A stretch of DNA of 64,000 nucleotides from a virus, in the IMG/VR virus record IMGVR_UViG_3300032287_002972, positions 32,001 to 96,000 of that record; one strand, given 5' to 3'. Made by a program: the position numbers and the translations under genes. The stretch's first letter is position 1, and the number at the start of each line of letters is the position of its first letter. The notes under the pieces were generated by a model. It was not told the origin of the DNA and did not search any database. It was given only the letters and a program-made list of their open reading frames with translations. Positions 32,295 through 42,095 of the stretch are shown one piece after another.

Positions 32295-32525
32295 TTATTT
32301 TAATTTATTTGCTTTATCCCTTTTTAATAATGAACCAACAATGTCTGACCATTTTGTTAACCCAATTTGATTTCCGGGTCCTCTAGTCACACCTGATTCC
32401 CATTTACCTACTTCTGGGTATCCTTGCCCACCTGAAGTAGGTGTGGTAGTACCAGCAGTAGCATCTTGTTCATCTATGTTTTTTATTAATCGTTTATATT
32501 GTTTTTCTGAGATTATTATTTTCAT
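32295..32525 (-). CDS. small protein with an ISE-type leader
   Basis: MKIIISEKQYKRLIKNIDE. Confidence 0.6.
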   Translation of the reverse strand: MKIIISEKQYKRLIKNIDEQDATAGTTTPTSGGQGYPEVGKWESGVTRGPGNQIGLTKWSDIVGSLLKRDKANKLK

Positions 32526-32572
32526 GTTTTTATAAATATTTTGAATTTATTAAATGTTTGTTTTATAAATAT

Positions 32573-32941
32573 TTACTCATCATAAATAGTATCATCTATC
32601 TTTGAAAACATTTTAATGTATTGTCCCGATTTGGCGTTTGCCTCATCTTCAATTTCACCACCGATATCTGGTGGTTTAACTTTTAATCTTCCATCTTCAT
32701 ATTGTTTATGGTGAACCATTTCATGTGCAATACTTCTCATGACATCAACCAAGAATCTATTTTTGATATTAATCCTAATTACTTTATTCTTTTTAGAATA
32801 ATCATAATTAGCGGTAGTTTTTAACTCACCTCTACCATTTTGTAAAACAATGGTTGGACATTTTTCCAATCCAAGTTCTTTTTTTACGAATTTTACAAAT
32901 TCGATAATTTTTTCCTTTTTTTTATCTTCCAAGAATTCCAT
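32573..32941 (-). CDS. zincin-like metallopeptidase
   Basis: IAHEMVHHKQ (HExxH) with downstream EDEAN. Confidence 0.75.
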   Translation of the reverse strand: MEFLEDKKKEKIIEFVKFVKKELGLEKCPTIVLQNGRGELKTTANYDYSKKNKVIRINIKNRFLVDVMRSIAHEMVHHKQYEDGRLKVKPPDIGGEIEDEANAKSGQYIKMFSKIDDTIYDE

Positions 32942-33002
32942 ATTATATAAATATATCCATTTAATATATACAACTTAATAACTTTTAATTATAATTATTT
33001 AT

Positions 33003-33329
33003 ATGATGAATTGGTACGATATTCAATATCTTTATTCTAATGCAATGGAATTATTTTCTTCAACAATGTTTCCCAACGTTGGTGTTCCATCTATTTCTGT
33101 GCTTGAATTTTATGATATAAAAAAACTATATAGTTTTTTTGATAAACAAGGAATATATCTCACTATTGAAATGTACACAAAAAATAATTGGAGTTATACT
33201 ATTTCATTAGAAAATGAAAAAATAATAATAACTTCCAAAGAATCTAAAAACGAAAGAGAAGAGATTGAATATGACGGGTTTGAAGAATGTTTTAAATTAT
33301 TAAATAAAAAATTAATAGAAAAAAAATGA
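33003..33329 (+). CDS. hypothetical protein
   Basis: 108-aa ORF. Confidence 0.6.
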   Translation: MMNWYDIQYLYSNAMELFSSTMFPNVGVPSISVLEFYDIKKLYSFFDKQGIYLTIEMYTKNNWSYTISLENEKIIITSKESKNEREEIEYDGFEECFKLLNKKLIEKK

Positions 33330-33448
33330 ATACACTAGAAATGTCTGAAGAAGAAAAAAATAGAATTCTTCAAAAACACAAAAACGCAATTAAAAAAGAA
33401 AATGTAAAAAAAGAAACATTAAATAAAGGTTTACAAAAACCTAAGTAA
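33326..33448 (+). CDS. 40-aa peptide with an SEEEKNRIL motif (not in the ORF track)
   Basis: MNTLEMSEEEKNRILQKHKNAIKKENVKKETLNKGLQKPK; ATGA overlap with the upstream stop. Confidence 0.55.
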   Translation: MNTLEMSEEEKNRILQKHKNAIKKENVKKETLNKGLQKPK

Positions 33449-33462
33449 TGTATTATTTTTTA

Positions 33463-34554
33463 TTACTTATATGAATTAATTTCGTCCTTTACTTTTTTTA
33501 ATGCAGATGCAATTACTTGATGCATGTCATAGTATTTGTATTCTGCTAATCTACCTCCAAAAATTATATTTTTTTCTTTTAACATTAATTTTTTATATTG
33601 GTCGTATTTTAAATTATTACTGACGTTGTTAATTGGGTAATATGGATCACCTTCTGTTCTTGGGTATTCTTTTGTTATTAGGGTATTTTTTTGTGTGCCA
33701 AATTCAAAATGTTTATGTTCAATAATTCTCGTGTATTCTGTTTCAATGTCAGTGAAATTAATAACAGCATTCCCTTGATAATCTTTTAAATCTATTATTT
33801 CAGATTTAAATTCTAAACTTCGATATTCCAACGAACCAAATCTAAAATTATAGAGTCTATCTATAGGCCCAGTGTACACTATTTTATTTGTTTGAGAATC
33901 CCAATATTCTTTATTTTGAAAATAATCGACATTTAATCTAACATCAATACCGTTTAGAAGTTTTTCAAATATTTGTGTATACCCACCAATTGGTATCCCT
34001 TGATACTTATCAAAAAAATAATTGTCATCATAATTTAACCTGATTGGTAACCTTTTTATAATACTAGTTGGTAATAGTTTTGGTTCCATACCCCATTGTT
34101 TTGTTGTATATCCCTTAATGAAAATTTCATATATTTCTTTACCCACTTGTGATAATACCCAATCTTCTAAATTTTTTGGAAACGGTATATCGTATTTTAC
34201 ATTATTTAAAATATCTGTTGCCTTTTCTGGTGTTGTTGTACCATATATTTGATAGAGTGTCATTAAATTAATTGGAAAAGAATAAATCATACCCTTGTAA
34301 TTAACTTTAGGTCTATTAACATAATGATTGAATTTACAATATTTGTTTATATATTCCCAAACACCATTATCAGATGTATGAAATATATGTGCACCGTACT
34401 TATGTGTATTTATATCTTCAATTTTTTCTGTGTAACAGTTACCACCAATATGTGATCTTTTATCTATAACCAAACATTTATATCCGTTATCTGTTAATTC
34501 TCTTGCGAAAATTGAACCAAATAAACCTGAACCTATTATTAGATAATCATACAT
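33463..34554 (-). CDS. glf: UDP-galactopyranose mutase
   Basis: GSGLFG FAD motif, HIGGNC, HKYGAHIFHT, GRLAEYKYYDMHQ. Confidence 0.96.
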   Translation of the reverse strand: MYDYLIIGSGLFGSIFARELTDNGYKCLVIDKRSHIGGNCYTEKIEDINTHKYGAHIFHTSDNGVWEYINKYCKFNHYVNRPKVNYKGMIYSFPINLMTLYQIYGTTTPEKATDILNNVKYDIPFPKNLEDWVLSQVGKEIYEIFIKGYTTKQWGMEPKLLPTSIIKRLPIRLNYDDNYFFDKYQGIPIGGYTQIFEKLLNGIDVRLNVDYFQNKEYWDSQTNKIVYTGPIDRLYNFRFGSLEYRSLEFKSEIIDLKDYQGNAVINFTDIETEYTRIIEHKHFEFGTQKNTLITKEYPRTEGDPYYPINNVSNNLKYDQYKKLMLKEKNIIFGGRLAEYKYYDMHQVIASALKKVKDEINSYK

Positions 34555-35210
34555 TATAATACAATTAACCCTATCCCTAAATAACTTCCAACAACACTAT
34601 TATATTGTTCTGTAAATTCGTAATATTGGTAATTACTTTTTATTTCGTTCCAAAATTGACCTACACCAGGACAAACAACATTAGTAATATCATGAAATAC
34701 AATATATTTTGGATTAAATTGTTTTGCAATTTCTAAATCATTTTTCACGGCATTATATGAATGCTCAGCATCTATTAATATTAAATCAATTTGTTCACGA
34801 ATATTGTTTTTATTTAAATTAGAACTATATTCTTGTATATAATCAAAATCAGAATAATTTTTATATTCATTTAATATATCACAAATAGGAATTAAATCAC
34901 ATGCATATGACTTAATATTCTTGTTTTTTAATTTTAATACTTCGTTAGTAATAATAAAAGTACCACCCCACCTACATCCTATTTCTAAATAGGATTTAAT
35001 ATCATATTTAGAAAGTTGTTTTAGGTATTTACTAAATTGATTTGGATATTGCCAAAATTTAATACCTTTACCATAATATTCTGAAAGTTCTGTGGGCATT
35101 TCATGAAGATTTTCATCATTCATCCCTAAACTAGGTAAAAATATTTCTAAATCATTTTCTGATATTGAATCTATGTTTAATGATCTTATTAATTTTATTT
35201 CTTTTTCCAT
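34554..35210 (-). CDS. class I SAM-dependent methyltransferase
   Basis: YLEIGCRWGGT, IDAEHSY, IVFHD. Confidence 0.85.
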   Translation of the reverse strand: MEKEIKLIRSLNIDSISENDLEIFLPSLGMNDENLHEMPTELSEYYGKGIKFWQYPNQFSKYLKQLSKYDIKSYLEIGCRWGGTFIITNEVLKLKNKNIKSYACDLIPICDILNEYKNYSDFDYIQEYSSNLNKNNIREQIDLILIDAEHSYNAVKNDLEIAKQFNPKYIVFHDITNVVCPGVGQFWNEIKSNYQYYEFTEQYNSVVGSYLGIGLIVL

Positions 35211-35852
35211 TTAAAAATGATTTGTTACAGGTCTAGAATAGACATTAGTAAAGATGTTATCATAACCAATAAAACCTCCGATATTATCACTTACACTATC
35301 TATTTGAGAAACCATTAAGGGATATCCACCTAATTTACTGAATCTTTGTTGGTTAATCCACGCGTCTATTGGTGGGTCTATTTCAGGATTATATTCTAAC
35401 ATTTTATCATATGACCTCGATGGGATAATATATGCATGAACACAGTAACAACCATGTATACGTAATAAATTTTCATCAATTAAATTTAATGGATTTTCAA
35501 ATATGTTAGCATTAACATAATATATGTCCCAATCGGTCCTTTTAAATAAACTTTTTAACGAGTTTTCAAACAAGTGAAATGTATCGTCCTTAAAGAATAT
35601 ATCGTCTTCTAAAATTAGAATATTATCTAAATTTTTGTCTTTAGCATATTGTATTAAATTACGGTGTGATGTACCACTTGCTTTAACACAATTTTCGGGT
35701 GTTCTTTGTTCTGCTTTAACTGCACTATATCTTTGTACAAAATCTTCAATACCATATTTGGATAATTCTTTATCCATATGTTCTTTTCTATCTGTACGAT
35801 CATCTAAATTTATGTACCAAGATTCGCTCACATAATTTTTTAAAAAATTCAT
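35211..35852 (-). CDS. GT25 family glycosyltransferase
   Basis: YINLDDRTDR, SH, LILEDD, HAY. Confidence 0.88.
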   Translation of the reverse strand: MNFLKNYVSESWYINLDDRTDRKEHMDKELSKYGIEDFVQRYSAVKAEQRTPENCVKASGTSHRNLIQYAKDKNLDNILILEDDIFFKDDTFHLFENSLKSLFKRTDWDIYYVNANIFENPLNLIDENLLRIHGCYCVHAYIIPSRSYDKMLEYNPEIDPPIDAWINQQRFSKLGGYPLMVSQIDSVSDNIGGFIGYDNIFTNVYSRPVTNHF

Positions 35853-35856
35853 AATC

Positions 35857-37092
35857 TTAAATTTTAAAATATGATGGTGTTACCCATTCTGATTTATTTG
35901 AAAACGGCCATATCAATAATTGAGTAGGATGTTGTCTATTTTTTGATCTATCAAATTTAAATTTTTTAGAAACTATTTTACCTTCAAATAGGTCTCTATT
36001 TTCATTAAATAAAATATCTTCTCTATGTATTGCAATACCATTTTGGTCTAATACAATCATTGCCCAAAATCTTATATCGTCAACTTTTTCTATTTCGTTA
36101 AAATTCCATGATATAATATCATCGAATGTTATTTGTTCATTATCCCACCCTTCTTCAGAATTTGAACAAGGTGGTTCTTTCCCTATTTCTGTTTCTTTAT
36201 GTACGATACAATTAACAAAATCTATACCTGAATAATTTTTAAAATCTTCTAAAGTTCTTTCACTACCTAGTCCATAAATACCTAAATTGTAGTTATCGTT
36301 TCTTTCAAGTAAACAATCTAATCTATCGTGTGCAATTTTATTATATTTTGACCAATTTTTATCATCATCCCAGTGTTTAATATTTCCTAACCTTTGATAA
36401 AAATGATAAACAATAACTCTATGTGAATTATATATATTATATCCATTTGTAAAATATCTAACGGCCATTGATGTTTCTTCACCTGAAAAATAAAGGTCAG
36501 GGTCATATGGTACTATTTTATTTATTTCGCCCAATCCAAATATAAATCCCGCTGAAATATGGACACCTTTAACCGGTAATTCCTTTAATTCCCAATTTTC
36601 CATATTCATTGGTCTACTTAATGGATATTTATGGTCAAACCTATATACGTTACAAATTTGAGGAACATTATACCACTCAATTTCTGGGGTATCTGGACTA
36701 AAATTTGGGGGATATCCGGTAATTATTGCTTTATCATCTTTTAACGATTCCCATATCTCAATTATCCTTTCATCCCAATTTTTAATAAACCTCATATGAG
36801 AGTCTATTTGAAGAGTAAAATATTCATCAGACCATTCTAATTGAGTCTTGTTTCTAGCCCAACAAGCACCTTTAGATTCTATATAATCTATATCTATAAT
36901 TTTAAATCTTTCATCATTTTTAAATTCATCCAAATTATCCCATTCATCCTCTTTTGAATGTTGCCAACATATCACTAAAACTAAATTTTCAGGATATTTA
37001 GCCTTTTCTAAACAATCTTTTATTGTGGGTATTAATTGAGGATCTCTATATGATGCAATTTGTATAAAAATCTTATTATTATTTATCATCAT
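35857..37092 (-). CDS. GlcNAc-transferase (GT60/Skp1 GlcNAcT-like)
   Basis: IFIQIASYRD, GACWAR, QIDSHMRF...WD, PYDP.LYFSGEE. Confidence 0.85.
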   Translation of the reverse strand: MMINNNKIFIQIASYRDPQLIPTIKDCLEKAKYPENLVLVICWQHSKEDEWDNLDEFKNDERFKIIDIDYIESKGACWARNKTQLEWSDEYFTLQIDSHMRFIKNWDERIIEIWESLKDDKAIITGYPPNFSPDTPEIEWYNVPQICNVYRFDHKYPLSRPMNMENWELKELPVKGVHISAGFIFGLGEINKIVPYDPDLYFSGEETSMAVRYFTNGYNIYNSHRVIVYHFYQRLGNIKHWDDDKNWSKYNKIAHDRLDCLLERNDNYNLGIYGLGSERTLEDFKNYSGIDFVNCIVHKETEIGKEPPCSNSEEGWDNEQITFDDIISWNFNEIEKVDDIRFWAMIVLDQNGIAIHREDILFNENRDLFEGKIVSKKFKFDRSKNRQHPTQLLIWPFSNKSEWVTPSYFKI

Positions 37093-37167
37093 TTTTATCT
37101 AAAAATATTATTTTTAAATTAAATAGTAAAGTTTTATTTTTTTTTCTTATATTGCATAAAAAAAGAC

Positions 37168-37512
37168 ATGAATAAAAATTACCAACCAATTGTTGTAGAT
37201 AATGCAACTAAAATGTTTAAAGTTTTAGAAGAAGAAAACTTTTTTTCTGAATTCCAAATTGAAAATAGAGAATTTGTTTTCGAATATTTTTGTGATTTTT
37301 TCACCGAAAAATTCATTAATGGTGAATATGATAATACTAACATAGACATTTCAAATGATGAAATGGAAAGATGTTTATTAGATATCACAATAAAAGATAC
37401 GTTACATACATTAACCAAAGAAGGTATTGTAGATATGATTGAAGACGAAAATAATGACGAACAATTTTTTTTAACTGATTTAGGAAAAAATATAGTTAAA
37501 AAAATAAATTAA
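37168..37512 (+). CDS. hypothetical protein (winged-helix-like C-terminus)
   Basis: LTKEGIVD...FFLTDLGK; host-type promoter motif upstream. Confidence 0.5.
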   Translation: MNKNYQPIVVDNATKMFKVLEEENFFSEFQIENREFVFEYFCDFFTEKFINGEYDNTNIDISNDEMERCLLDITIKDTLHTLTKEGIVDMIEDENNDEQFFLTDLGKNIVKKIN

Positions 37513-38264
37513 AGTTCAAAAGTTTTATTAAAATCATTTCCTGATTTTTTGTAACTTTCTTTTGATTCATCATTAGAATTTTCAGTGTATTGCCAATTCC
37601 ATGAAAGTTCTTCCTTTAAATCAAACCCAAAAAAAGTTAACACATTTTTTTGAATATCTATAACATTTTTACCATTCCAATTTTGACCTATAGCAATAAT
37701 TCCACATGAAATGTCTTTTAAAAGATTTGACTCGTTTAATGTTGAGTGTCTGTTCTCCAACCATGTTAATCTTTCAATAAGATTTTGATAAATAGCGTTC
37801 ATTTGACCCCATCTTATAGAACCAAAAAATAAAACAGTGTCACTTTCAAATAACACTTTTGTTACTTTCCATAATTCATCATCAGGATTATTGATGTTTC
37901 TCCAACATCTATGATGTCCTGTTGGATTTTTATCTTTATCATCTAATGATGCTTTTTTAAGTCCACATTCATTTCCTTTCATATGTGATACATTAGCCTC
38001 ACAAGTATAGATTTTTAATTCAGGTATTTCTATTAAAGTAACTTTATTTTTACCTAAATATGATTGGATGGCTTTAGCTAATCTTGTCGACTTAGGTTCT
38101 TCTTTTAATTCTTTAGACGCCCAACCACCTCTATTTGAGGTTGTTAAAAATAAAATCTTTTCTTTTTTTTCTAAAAATTTTATTGTTTCAATTAATTTTT
38201 TATAATGAGGGTCATTTTTTTTTAATGTTGGATCAATCTCTTCAAATAAATGTGAAAGTTTCAT
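37509..38264 (-). CDS. flavodoxin-fold NADPH-dependent FMN reductase-like protein
   Basis: TTSNR...KST.LA, CEANVS...C...C, SDTVLFFGSIRWG; MKLSHLFEE leader. Confidence 0.75.
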   Translation of the reverse strand: MKLSHLFEEIDPTLKKNDPHYKKLIETIKFLEKKEKILFLTTSNRGGWASKELKEEPKSTRLAKAIQSYLGKNKVTLIEIPELKIYTCEANVSHMKGNECGLKKASLDDKDKNPTGHHRCWRNINNPDDELWKVTKVLFESDTVLFFGSIRWGQMNAIYQNLIERLTWLENRHSTLNESNLLKDISCGIIAIGQNWNGKNVIDIQKNVLTFFGFDLKEELSWNWQYTENSNDESKESYKKSGNDFNKTFEL

Positions 38265-38593
38265 TATTTTTTATTTTTTTCGTCAATTTGACTTGAACTA
38301 TGTGACATTTTTTTATGTTCTCTAATTTTATTCTTTAATTGTTTAATTAAATTGTGAGTTTTAATTAAATTTTCTGAGATATTTTTAACCCTACCAACAG
38401 ATAAAGTTTTTAACCCTTCGGGCATCGCATCGTCAACTTTCCTAAGTTCTTTTATTGTTTCAACAAGTTGATTTTCGAATTCTTCTATTTTAAACTGTAT
38501 TTTATTATACTCTTCTCTACGAATTTTTTTAGTTTCTTCAAAAAGTATTTCTTTAATTTTATTTCTTACTAATGATTCATCAATATTTTGCAT
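38264..38593 (-). CDS. coiled-coil hypothetical protein
   Basis: KIKEILFEE leader-like N-terminus. Confidence 0.55.
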   Translation of the reverse strand: MQNIDESLVRNKIKEILFEETKKIRREEYNKIQFKIEEFENQLVETIKELRKVDDAMPEGLKTLSVGRVKNISENLIKTHNLIKQLKNKIREHKKMSHSSSQIDEKNKK

Positions 38594-38628
38594 AAAAATA
38601 TAATTTAATATTTTAATTTATTTATAAA

Positions 38629-38859
38629 TTATACAGTAAACAATTTATCTTCTTCTTTAGATAATTCACCATCTCTTTTCATTCCTTCTTTAATATAAGT
38701 CCTGATGAGTTTTGATACGGTCATATTTTTTTGAACAGCAATTTTTTCAATTTCTCTAAAGTATGCTGGCATTACTCTAAATGACAACATTTGAACCAAT
38801 TGTTTAGATTTTGGTGTATTTGGAATGATACTAGTTTCGTTAAAATCTTTTAAATTCAT
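38629..38859 (-). CDS. ribbon-helix-helix (CopG-like) DNA-binding protein (start revised)
   Basis: LSFRV beta strand, then helix, then MTVSKLIR; TATTTATA just upstream of ATG 38859. Confidence 0.7.
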   Translation of the reverse strand: MNLKDFNETSIIPNTPKSKQLVQMLSFRVMPAYFREIEKIAVQKNMTVSKLIRTYIKEGMKRDGELSKEEDKLFTV

Positions 38860-38935
38860 TTTATTAATATTTTTATATAAATATTTGTTAATATACAAAT
38901 ATTTTCGTACTTTTGATATATAAAAAAATATATTT

Positions 38936-39292
38936 ATGTCGAACGAAAATTTAAATGTAAATCCTGTTGAATATTGTGAAAAAAAGTACCCACAAACCAC
39001 CACAGAATTTAAAAAGATAATGGAAGAACAATATGAATTGTTTTGTAAAAAACAAATGAATTATGGACCAGATAATATTTCTGTAGGTACAAAATTAGAA
39101 ACAAAAGAAGAAGTAAAATTATGTCAAACAGGATTATGGTTTAGAATGAATGACAAAATACAAAGATTAAAACAATTGGTGATATTAAACGTTGAAGATA
39201 GTGTGAATGAAAGTATTCAAGACACATATAGTGATTTATCAGTTTATGGTGTTATCGCACAGATTGTTTCAAAAGGTAAATGGGGGAAATAA
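38936..39292 (+). CDS. nucleotide-modification-associated (DUF1599/Nmad-like) protein
   Basis: KKQMNYG, RMNDKIQRL, ESIQDTYSDLSVYGVI. Confidence 0.75.
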   Translation: MSNENLNVNPVEYCEKKYPQTTTEFKKIMEEQYELFCKKQMNYGPDNISVGTKLETKEEVKLCQTGLWFRMNDKIQRLKQLVILNVEDSVNESIQDTYSDLSVYGVIAQIVSKGKWGK

Positions 39293-39331
39293 TACTCTAA
39301 CGAGATATTTATATAAAAACGAAAGGAAATT

Positions 39332-39691
39332 ATGAAAGTTAATTTACAACACCCTACTTTTCTATTATTTTTAGAAACTGTAAGTAATAACATTTTAACA
39401 AATGTTAAAACCGATAATTATTTTTCTCTTACTAAAGAGAAAAAACGAGGTATGCAGTACCTTACTTTGAAAGTAATTTCACAAGTTATTAAAAACAGGG
39501 TTAGGATAACTGATGAAGAATTGTTAGATTTTATAAAAATTCTTTTAAGTAGAAATGAAGAATCTGAACAATTCGAATTGGCAGGTATTTTAAATGACAT
39601 AATTAATGATTTTAAATCATTAAATGACAAAATTGTTGAAATTAAAAAAACAAAACGAATTATTAGAATTGATAAACCTGTAAATGAGTAA
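39332..39691 (+). CDS. hypothetical protein with a UVR-like motif
   Basis: EESEQFELAGIL. Confidence 0.5.
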   Translation: MKVNLQHPTFLLFLETVSNNILTNVKTDNYFSLTKEKKRGMQYLTLKVISQVIKNRVRITDEELLDFIKILLSRNEESEQFELAGILNDIINDFKSLNDKIVEIKKTKRIIRIDKPVNE

Positions 39692-39694
39692 ATT

Positions 39695-39910
39695 TCATTT
39701 AGGTATATGTTCTAAAATTTCAACTATTGGTATTAAAACAAGAAATAAATAATGACTATCACCATTATTATTTTGTTTTAATACCAAATCACATTCTAAA
39801 TAGTTTTTTAGTGAGTCTATTAATTCAGGATTTATCCTACTCTCTTTTATTTTTCTTTTTATAAAATACAAGTTTTCTTGATAGTTAAGAGTTTCTTTAC
39901 AATTTATCAT
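39695..39910 (-). CDS. small hypothetical protein
   Basis: coupled to the upstream nuclease gene. Confidence 0.55.
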   Translation of the reverse strand: MINCKETLNYQENLYFIKRKIKESRINPELIDSLKNYLECDLVLKQNNNGDSHYLFLVLIPIVEILEHIPK

Positions 39911-40491
39911 TATTTACAATTTATTTTATGTTGATACCATTTTAATTTAGGGTTTTCATTTTTGAAATAAAAACACATAAGTTTTTTTGAATTTTCAAAA
40001 TATATCTGTTTTATATATCCTGAAGGAACTGTTGCTCCTGAACTTAATTTTACGCTATTTTCATCAAATAAAACTTCAATAGTAACCGTTAATGGTTCAA
40101 AATTATCCCATATTCTTTCTTGTTCTTCTAATAATCTCCATTCACCTCTATTTAGATATTGATTTTGTAATGAACAATTTAAAAATGAATAGGTTTCTCT
40201 AAGGTTAGATATGTTATCTGAAAAAGAACCGGCAGGTACTAAATGACCTTTATCATATATGTTATTATGGTAATCGGCGTTACTTGAAGTGTGAATACCT
40301 TTTTCCAAATAAAAATTTAAATTTTTATTTCTAACTTTTGATTTTCTATTAATTGACCTATAAATCACTTCTAACGGTTGTTCTAACTTTTGTGAGAATG
40401 TTACAGAATAAATAGATTTATTAACGTGTATGATGTCATTTTGTGTTTGAGACATCATTAATAAACAAATAAATAAAATTAAATACTTCAT
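39910..40491 (-). CDS. DNA/RNA non-specific endonuclease (His-Me finger) with a signal peptide
   Basis: YDKGHLVPA, N..LQ...LNRGEWRLLE, VPSGY. Confidence 0.9.
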   Translation of the reverse strand: MKYLILFICLLMMSQTQNDIIHVNKSIYSVTFSQKLEQPLEVIYRSINRKSKVRNKNLNFYLEKGIHTSSNADYHNNIYDKGHLVPAGSFSDNISNLRETYSFLNCSLQNQYLNRGEWRLLEEQERIWDNFEPLTVTIEVLFDENSVKLSSGATVPSGYIKQIYFENSKKLMCFYFKNENPKLKWYQHKINCK

Positions 40492-41042
40492 AGGTTATTC
40501 TTTTTAATATAATTAAATATCTCTCTACTTGTTTCTGAATGCACTCCAAATTCAATAAAAGGTATATTATTAAATTCTAATTTTTTTCTTATCTGTTTAT
40601 CGATATCTTTCGCTTCGTATATGTTTTGGAATCTACCATTTTCATTGTATGTTTTATCATCTCTTAATAATAATATATTAAGACTATTGTATTTTTTAAA
40701 TAAATTTAAAATAAAAACATCAAAAGAATCGTCATAAAAAGATGATGGATAAGATGGTTCTGTATCATAAAAATCTTTATATACGGTACCTAAAATGATT
40801 GGTGAATCAACAATAATATATTTTACTTTATTATATAATCTACTAATGTTTCTATGTTGATTTGCTGTTATATAAAACTGGTCTTTAATTGCCGAATAAT
40901 TTTCTTCCCATGCCACTATTTTCGGAAATTCAAATGTAAGTTCAACGTCTATATGTTCTTTCTTCATTTTAGTAAATAAACTTGCACTTTGTGTTGATTT
41001 CCCAATACCAGGACCACCAAAAAAATTAATAATTAGACTCAT
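40488..41042 (-). CDS. P-loop nucleotide kinase-like protein (AAA_28/NadR-like)
   Basis: GGPGIGKST, IVDSP, GRFQ. Confidence 0.8.
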   Translation of the reverse strand: MSLIINFFGGPGIGKSTQSASLFTKMKKEHIDVELTFEFPKIVAWEENYSAIKDQFYITANQHRNISRLYNKVKYIIVDSPIILGTVYKDFYDTEPSYPSSFYDDSFDVFILNLFKKYNSLNILLLRDDKTYNENGRFQNIYEAKDIDKQIRKKLEFNNIPFIEFGVHSETSREIFNYIKKNNL

Positions 41043-41149
41043 CTTTTTTATTGTAAAAATACTATTTTTTTTCTAATTTTTAAACATTTTTTGATTAAAA
41101 ATTAATTTAATTTAATCTTTGTAATATTTATAATAGTAATAAATAATAT

Positions 41150-41458
41150 ATGGATAGTAACTCTTTTTACACTGTTTTAATAACAGTAATAACAGTTTTA
41201 GGTTCGGCCAGTGCTTGGAGATATTATGAAAAAAGGGCAATGAGAAAAGAAAGGTCTGAAGATTTCATGAAAGATGACTGTAGAGAAAGAATAATAAAAT
41301 TGGAGTTACTTTTAGAAAAATCATCTTCAGAAAAAGATGATATGAGAAGTTTAATTTTAGATTTAACACGTGAAGTTGCGGAATTAAGAGTTAAGGTTGA
41401 ATTCTTGGAAGATAAGAACAAAGAATTAATTAAAAAAACCGGTGATTTACATTTATAA
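41150..41458 (+). CDS. N-terminal TM plus coiled-coil protein (possible lysis accessory)
   Basis: VLITVITVLGSASAW, then heptad repeats; near the endolysin. Confidence 0.5.
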   Translation: MDSNSFYTVLITVITVLGSASAWRYYEKRAMRKERSEDFMKDDCRERIIKLELLLEKSSSEKDDMRSLILDLTREVAELRVKVEFLEDKNKELIKKTGDLHL

Positions 41459-42022
41459 TTAAAGATTTTTGGTTAATAAATCAAATATTTTAATAATATC
41501 ATTTAAGGAATCGTAGGAAAAACATTCTGAATATCCGTTAAAATTTTCAAGTATAGGTCTAAATTTTTTTACACCTATATTTTTTTTTAATTTATCTTTT
41601 ATTTTTTCTTCTAATTTTTCGGCATCAGGAGTATCGATTCTCCGTAAAATGGTTTCTATTTTATATCCATCATATCCATATTCTTTACTAAATCTACGAA
41701 AAATGAATTTCTTAGAAGTTATACCAACTTTAATAAAAGTATCGCCAGTCTTCTCTTCTTTCATTATAATCAAATATAATGATTTTGGTAAATTTTTTAT
41801 TATTGTTTCTTTTTTCTTCTTATGTTTAGACAGTTTTTTTAAAACATATGATTTAGCGTCATCGATTTTACTAAATTCCTTTACGTCTCTATATTTGTTC
41901 GGAAAATATTTTTTATATTTTTCAGAATAAATTATTTTACCACTATCGACAACAATAATTGTTTTATTTTGTTTTATCTTTTCATAAAAAGAATAAAACC
42001 CAATTTTAAATAATGGCTCCAT
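41459..42022 (-). CDS. GIY-YIG-like (T5orf172-type) nuclease
   Basis: LYLI...FIKVGITS...RRF...AEKLE...GYSECF. Confidence 0.6.
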   Translation of the reverse strand: MEPLFKIGFYSFYEKIKQNKTIIVVDSGKIIYSEKYKKYFPNKYRDVKEFSKIDDAKSYVLKKLSKHKKKKETIIKNLPKSLYLIIMKEEKTGDTFIKVGITSKKFIFRRFSKEYGYDGYKIETILRRIDTPDAEKLEEKIKDKLKKNIGVKKFRPILENFNGYSECFSYDSLNDIIKIFDLLTKNL

Positions 42023-42095
42023 ATTTTTTTATTTTTCTTTTATTTATATAAATACAAATTTATGTAAATAAAAATATTTATTATAAAAACAAGAC

